A program made the position numbers and the translations under genes. Source: Heteronotia binoei (Eukaryota). Taken from it: a stretch of 64,000 nucleotides of DNA. This document shows positions 59,853 through 64,000 of the stretch, in pieces. The notes beneath the pieces are model-generated. The model did no database searches. It saw nothing but the letters and a program-made list of their open reading frames with translations, and was not told the origin of the DNA. How positions within the stretch are numbered: position 1 is the first letter of the stretch; each line of letters starts with the position of its first letter. The DNA lies in the NCBI RefSeq assembly GCF_032191835.1, contig NC_083235.1, positions 74,896,001 to 74,960,000 on the forward strand. Reading direction: 5' to 3'.

Positions 59853-62111
59853 TCTCCTGCAGGCTGGCAAACGAGGAGGAGGGGAGCTGCAACAATTCCA
59901 GAGAAGGATGGCAGCCTGGCAGGGCAGGGGCAGACCTGGGGGTTGGGATGCCAGAGAGGTATGCAGTGAACTTTGCTGCCATAGTGCTGCCACCTCCCCA
60001 TTGGAGTCCTGGTGGTTGGAAGGGGCTGGTTGCTCTGCATGGGTCCTCCACTGACCCGATGCAATGATGTCACTTAAGGGTGATGCCAGCACACCAAAGA
60101 CATCCCTGCCCAGTCCTGGAATGCCCCCCCAACCCCCCCACCAGCAAGACAAAGAGACTTGGCAACCCTACCATGGGGCCTTACAGTGAGGAGACACAAA
60201 CTCAAAGCTTACCAGCTGTTGTCCTTTATAAAAATTTGTCTCTCCAGTACCTGACATTACATTTTATGGCACATTGGCCCAGCCCAACAAAGAGACGTTT
60301 ATGACAGATCTGGCCTTCGTAACAAATGAGTCTGACACCCCTGCTTTAGAAGATAGACTCTACAGCCCCACATTGTGCCCCACTGGGGGCCCTCTCTTCC
60401 CCAAGCTCCACCCCCCAATATCCAGGAGTTTCCCAACTCAGATGGCAACGCAGTGGCCAGGTGAACCTAGTTATTGCCAGGGCATCTGCATTAGGATGGC
60501 CCTAAACTGTCCTAGTTTAGGATAGTTTAGGAATGAGAAAGAGAAAATACATCTTTTAGCATCATTTGCAAAACCAACCAAACTCCATATTATGATACAC
60601 AGAACCACTTTCTAGGATTTCCCTTACCATCCAGAGGAATGCATGTTTCTTTTGTGCTTGGTACCATATTCCACCACTTACATTTTGCTTACTTCCAGCG
60701 AAATACAAATCTCAGCATATATCTAAACACTTTCATACAAAGCCATGATGAAGCTATTCTTATACAACAGTGAATGAGCCCCAGCGGCTATCTCTGTGTT
60801 ACCAATTAAAGAGAGTTAATTCCATGGCCAGACTCTATTCTGCAGAGCAATAGAAAAGAAATCAATTTACTTGAACTCTCTCCTAAACAACAGAGGAAAA
60901 TTTTTATTTTCCATCACAAGTCCAGATTTCCTCTTCAGTGCCTCAGATGTAGGGTACTGAGGTCAAAAGCTTGCTGAAGATAAAAGAATGGTGAATCTCA
61001 CTTACAGAAAATGGTGTCGGATTATATAACAGATACATAGATAATATAGATATACATACATACACACACACACTCTATGTCAGATATACTGTCAGTTAAT
61101 TTTTGCCACTCAGCTGCAAAAACATCTGAATTGATTTATGCATTGAAATACCATAGCACACTGGAGCATCCCCACCCTCAAAAATGATACTCCTATGAAG
61201 GAAGATGGGGATACTGGAAATGATGAATAATTTGAAATAGTGAGTCCAAATTTATTGTAACAACTTTAAAAAGATATAAAATGATAGAAAGGCAGATGTC
61301 TTAAGGCTGCCAACTCTTGGTTGGAAGATTCCTTAGAGATTTGGAGGTGAAGCCTGGGGAAGGGGAGGGACCTCTGCGGGATATAATGCTAGGCCAATAT
61401 GGAAGCAAGAGAGGTCTCTTCAAACAAGAGTGATGAGACTGGGCTTCATTTTTAGCGCTAAAGAAGTACTTTTTCCAGCTCAGAATCACTAATGATATAT
61501 TCTGTCCGCACACAACAGACAAGGGCAGGATGGAGGAGTAATACCGCAGTGAGCTGCTCCATTAATTTTGTTTTTAATTCGGAGCTGCAGACACTGACAC
61601 TGGAAAATTTCCAAAATTTCTAAAGCCTAAGAACTCAACCACACACATACTCAACTGTTATTCCCCCACTCCCCCCTCCCATCAAAAATAAAGCTTTCAA
61701 AACAAATATTAGCCAGTTCAAGCACCACACTTGTAACCTGAAGGAAATAGGTGCACTGGCAGGGAGAACAGTCTCATCACAAAATGCTACAAATTCACAC
61801 TAAGAAACTCTGCGTTAGAACTTACACCACAGCTCACTAACAACCAAATGCACCCTTGCCTTGATGCAAACTGCAGTGCTGATTTGGGTCAACAAATTCC
61901 AAACAGCTCACTAGTTTCTTGCCTCCAGCCTGCATTTATCTATATCTGCACTCAGACATCATTAGTAAAAATACGCAAGAACGAAGTTTGTAATTGGGCT
62001 AGAACCCACATGCCTTCATCCTACGGTAATCAAAGTTAGTTTCCAGCCACAATTCTCCACGTAGGAAGAAAAGGTGGAGGGTTGAAGCACACGCGTATGT
62101 TGAAAAACAAG

Positions 62112-62540
62112 CAGGGCTGGCGTGACCAGTAAGCCAGACAGGCGGCCACCTAAGGTGCCCACCCGGCTACAGGGGCAGGTGGTGGGTGCCCTGCCACCCT
62201 GGTGTCCCTTCTCCACTGCCGCTGCACTCGCCCTTGCCACCATCCACCTCTCCACCACCATCTTCCCCATCACCGTTCAGCCTGGCAGCCTGCAGGCAGG
62301 CAGCGGCAGGGAAAGGGCTGAGTGGGGGTGGCACAGTGCTGCAGCAAGGGAGGGCCAGTTCCTAGTGCCTCCAAGCGCACATGCCACGCCACTCTCACTC
62401 AGCCTTCCTGGGTCTGTGCTTCTGCCCGACAGACCCAGGAAGGCTGAGCAGGGGCGGTGGGGCAGAGTGTGCACTTGGAGGCCCTCAAAGCCATCCCTCC
62501 CTTGCTGCCTAAGGCACCAAAACCCCCGGCACCGGCCCTA
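62112..62540. mobile_element. GC-rich hAT MITE (CAGGGC.GG TIR)
   Basis: CAGGGCTGG...CCGGCCCT; TSD AAAACAAG/ACAACATG (6/8). Confidence 0.65.
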
Positions 62541-62612
62541 ACAACATGTCCACTTTGCACACATTTTTACTTGCTGCGAAGTGTGACATCTGAATACTGC
62601 GTGTATATGGAC

Positions 62613-63412
62613 TAGCCTTCCCAAATCCCCCGCCTTGCCTGGGGACCCCCGATTTGGAGCCTTCTCCCCCCCCCCGCTAGCCAAAAATCTGGAAAGCGGG
62701 GGGGGGGGGGAATGACGGCCCTTCCCACCCAGCCCCGATCTCAGCAGCTTCTCCTTGCCCTGCCCTTCCCACCCAGCCCTGATCACAGCAGCCTTTCTTC
62801 AGTTTTTCCAGGCTGCTTCCCACCCTAATCAGCTGGCTGGAGGGGGGGGGGAGGGAGCCCCGCCCGCAAAGGACAATGTGCCTTTGCACCTCCAGAGGCT
62901 TGACTTGAACGGCTTCAATTTATGATGGTGTGTCTCTGTTTCTGTGAAGAAGCTGGCAGCAAATGGTGAGTAGAGAGGCTGATCCGCTGCTTCAGACTAG
63001 CCAGAAGGGTGGGGGGGGAGGGGGAAACGTCTTAATAATTCCCTATGTGATCGATTCTCATAGGGTATAATGGGGAATTGTTCTGGAGGTTTTGGGGGCT
63101 CTGGGGGAGCTGTTTTTTGAGGTAGAGGCACCAAATTTTCAATATAGTATCTAGTGCCTCTCCCCAAAGTACCCCCCAAGTTTCAAAACAATTGAACTAG
63201 GGGGTCCCAAAAGAAGGTGCCCCTATCCTTCATTATTTCCTATGGAAGGAAGACATTTAAAAAGGTGTGCTGTCCCTTTAAATGTGATGGCCAGAACTCC
63301 CTTGGAGTTCAATTATGCTTGTCACACCCTTGTTCCTGGCTCCGCCCCCAGTGTCTCCTGCCTCCACCCCCAAAGTCCCCAGATATTTCTTGAATTGGAC
63401 TTGGCAACCCTA
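62613..63412. mobile_element. Long variant of the TAGGGTTGCC-family hAT MITE
   Basis: Ends TAGCCTTCCCAA / TTGGCAACCCTA; perfect TSD ATATGGAC. Confidence 0.9.
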
Positions 63413-64000
63413 ATATGGACAGAAAGATTCTTTGAGGCACACTGGGTCAGAAGGTGTGGTCAAAGATTGATAGGAACTCCAGGAAGCACCTTCAGCTGCT
63501 GTCCCAGGCTACAGAACTGCCTCCCCCCCCCCCCCTGCAAGAAGTCAGTGCCACCTTTACAGGCCTTCCCATTCCAAGAGGCCTTGGAACAAATGACTGA
63601 CTGAATGCCACATCCTGTTTGACTATCTCCTACAGATGGCTCTTACGATGGTATTTAAATATGTTTTTTTTAAATAGTTTTACGATGATTGTAAGCCTTG
63701 GAGGGATAATCTGGCCTTTTTGCTTCAGGTGCACAGACATCAAAAGCCAACGTAGCATTTCCAGCTCAATGCAATACTCAATCGGAAAAGTCTGATGTGT
63801 TAGTTGCAGGGTCATTATCACATGAGCCAGAGAGTCAGAACTCATCTGTCCTAGGCAAGCCGCCAGTGCAGACAAATTAAACCTCTTGTTGAATCACTGG
63901 CTGCCAAATTTGCTTGCCACATATCCCAGCAAGTTTTGCAAAAACATCTCAGTCCCAACTGAAGTGGTAGCCAACACTGAACTTTCCACATTCAACTCCT

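Noticed and set aside
59010-60152. Long ORFs of 319, 346 and 214 aa
   Set aside because: Produced by the stop-free 33-bp tandem unit; low-complexity translations with no exon signals or domain motifs.
60623-60630. Second ATG|GTAAG motif on the GAS7 strand
   Set aside because: No clear acceptor or promoter context; an 8-mer is expected about once by chance in 64 kb.

Overview
This is vertebrate genomic DNA, very probably a squamate (gecko-like, judged from its SINE repertoire), not prokaryotic. The only securely identified host coding sequence is a 118-nt minus-strand exon (3842-3959) encoding the first part of the WW domain of GAS7, equivalent to human coding exon 2. The rest of the window looks like GAS7 intron; I found neither the SH3 first exon nor the next exon. 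It is densely filled with transposable elements: Sauria, Squam3-type, tRNA-Ala-derived and 5S-derived SINEs; CR1, L2 and L1 fragments; a decayed Neptune-type Penelope element; a DIRS remnant; a solo LTR; and many hAT MITEs with verifiable 8-bp TSDs, several of them nested. The most unusual segment is about 8.7-11.0 kb. It is a CpG-rich island with two same-frame minus-strand ORFs (one SQ/TQ-rich, one with a C-x2-C-x4-P-x-Q-x2-H-x-C motif), a 91-bp near-perfect palindrome inside the second ORF, a dense promoter-motif cluster and an end organised like a protein-primed DNA virus terminus. I interpret it as a truncated Maverick/Polinton (adintovirus-like) end. No hallmark gene is present, so this is an inference. 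It lies on the GAS7 strand and has a phase-0 splice donor that could fuse in frame to the WW exon. Family names come from recalled motifs, not from database searches.
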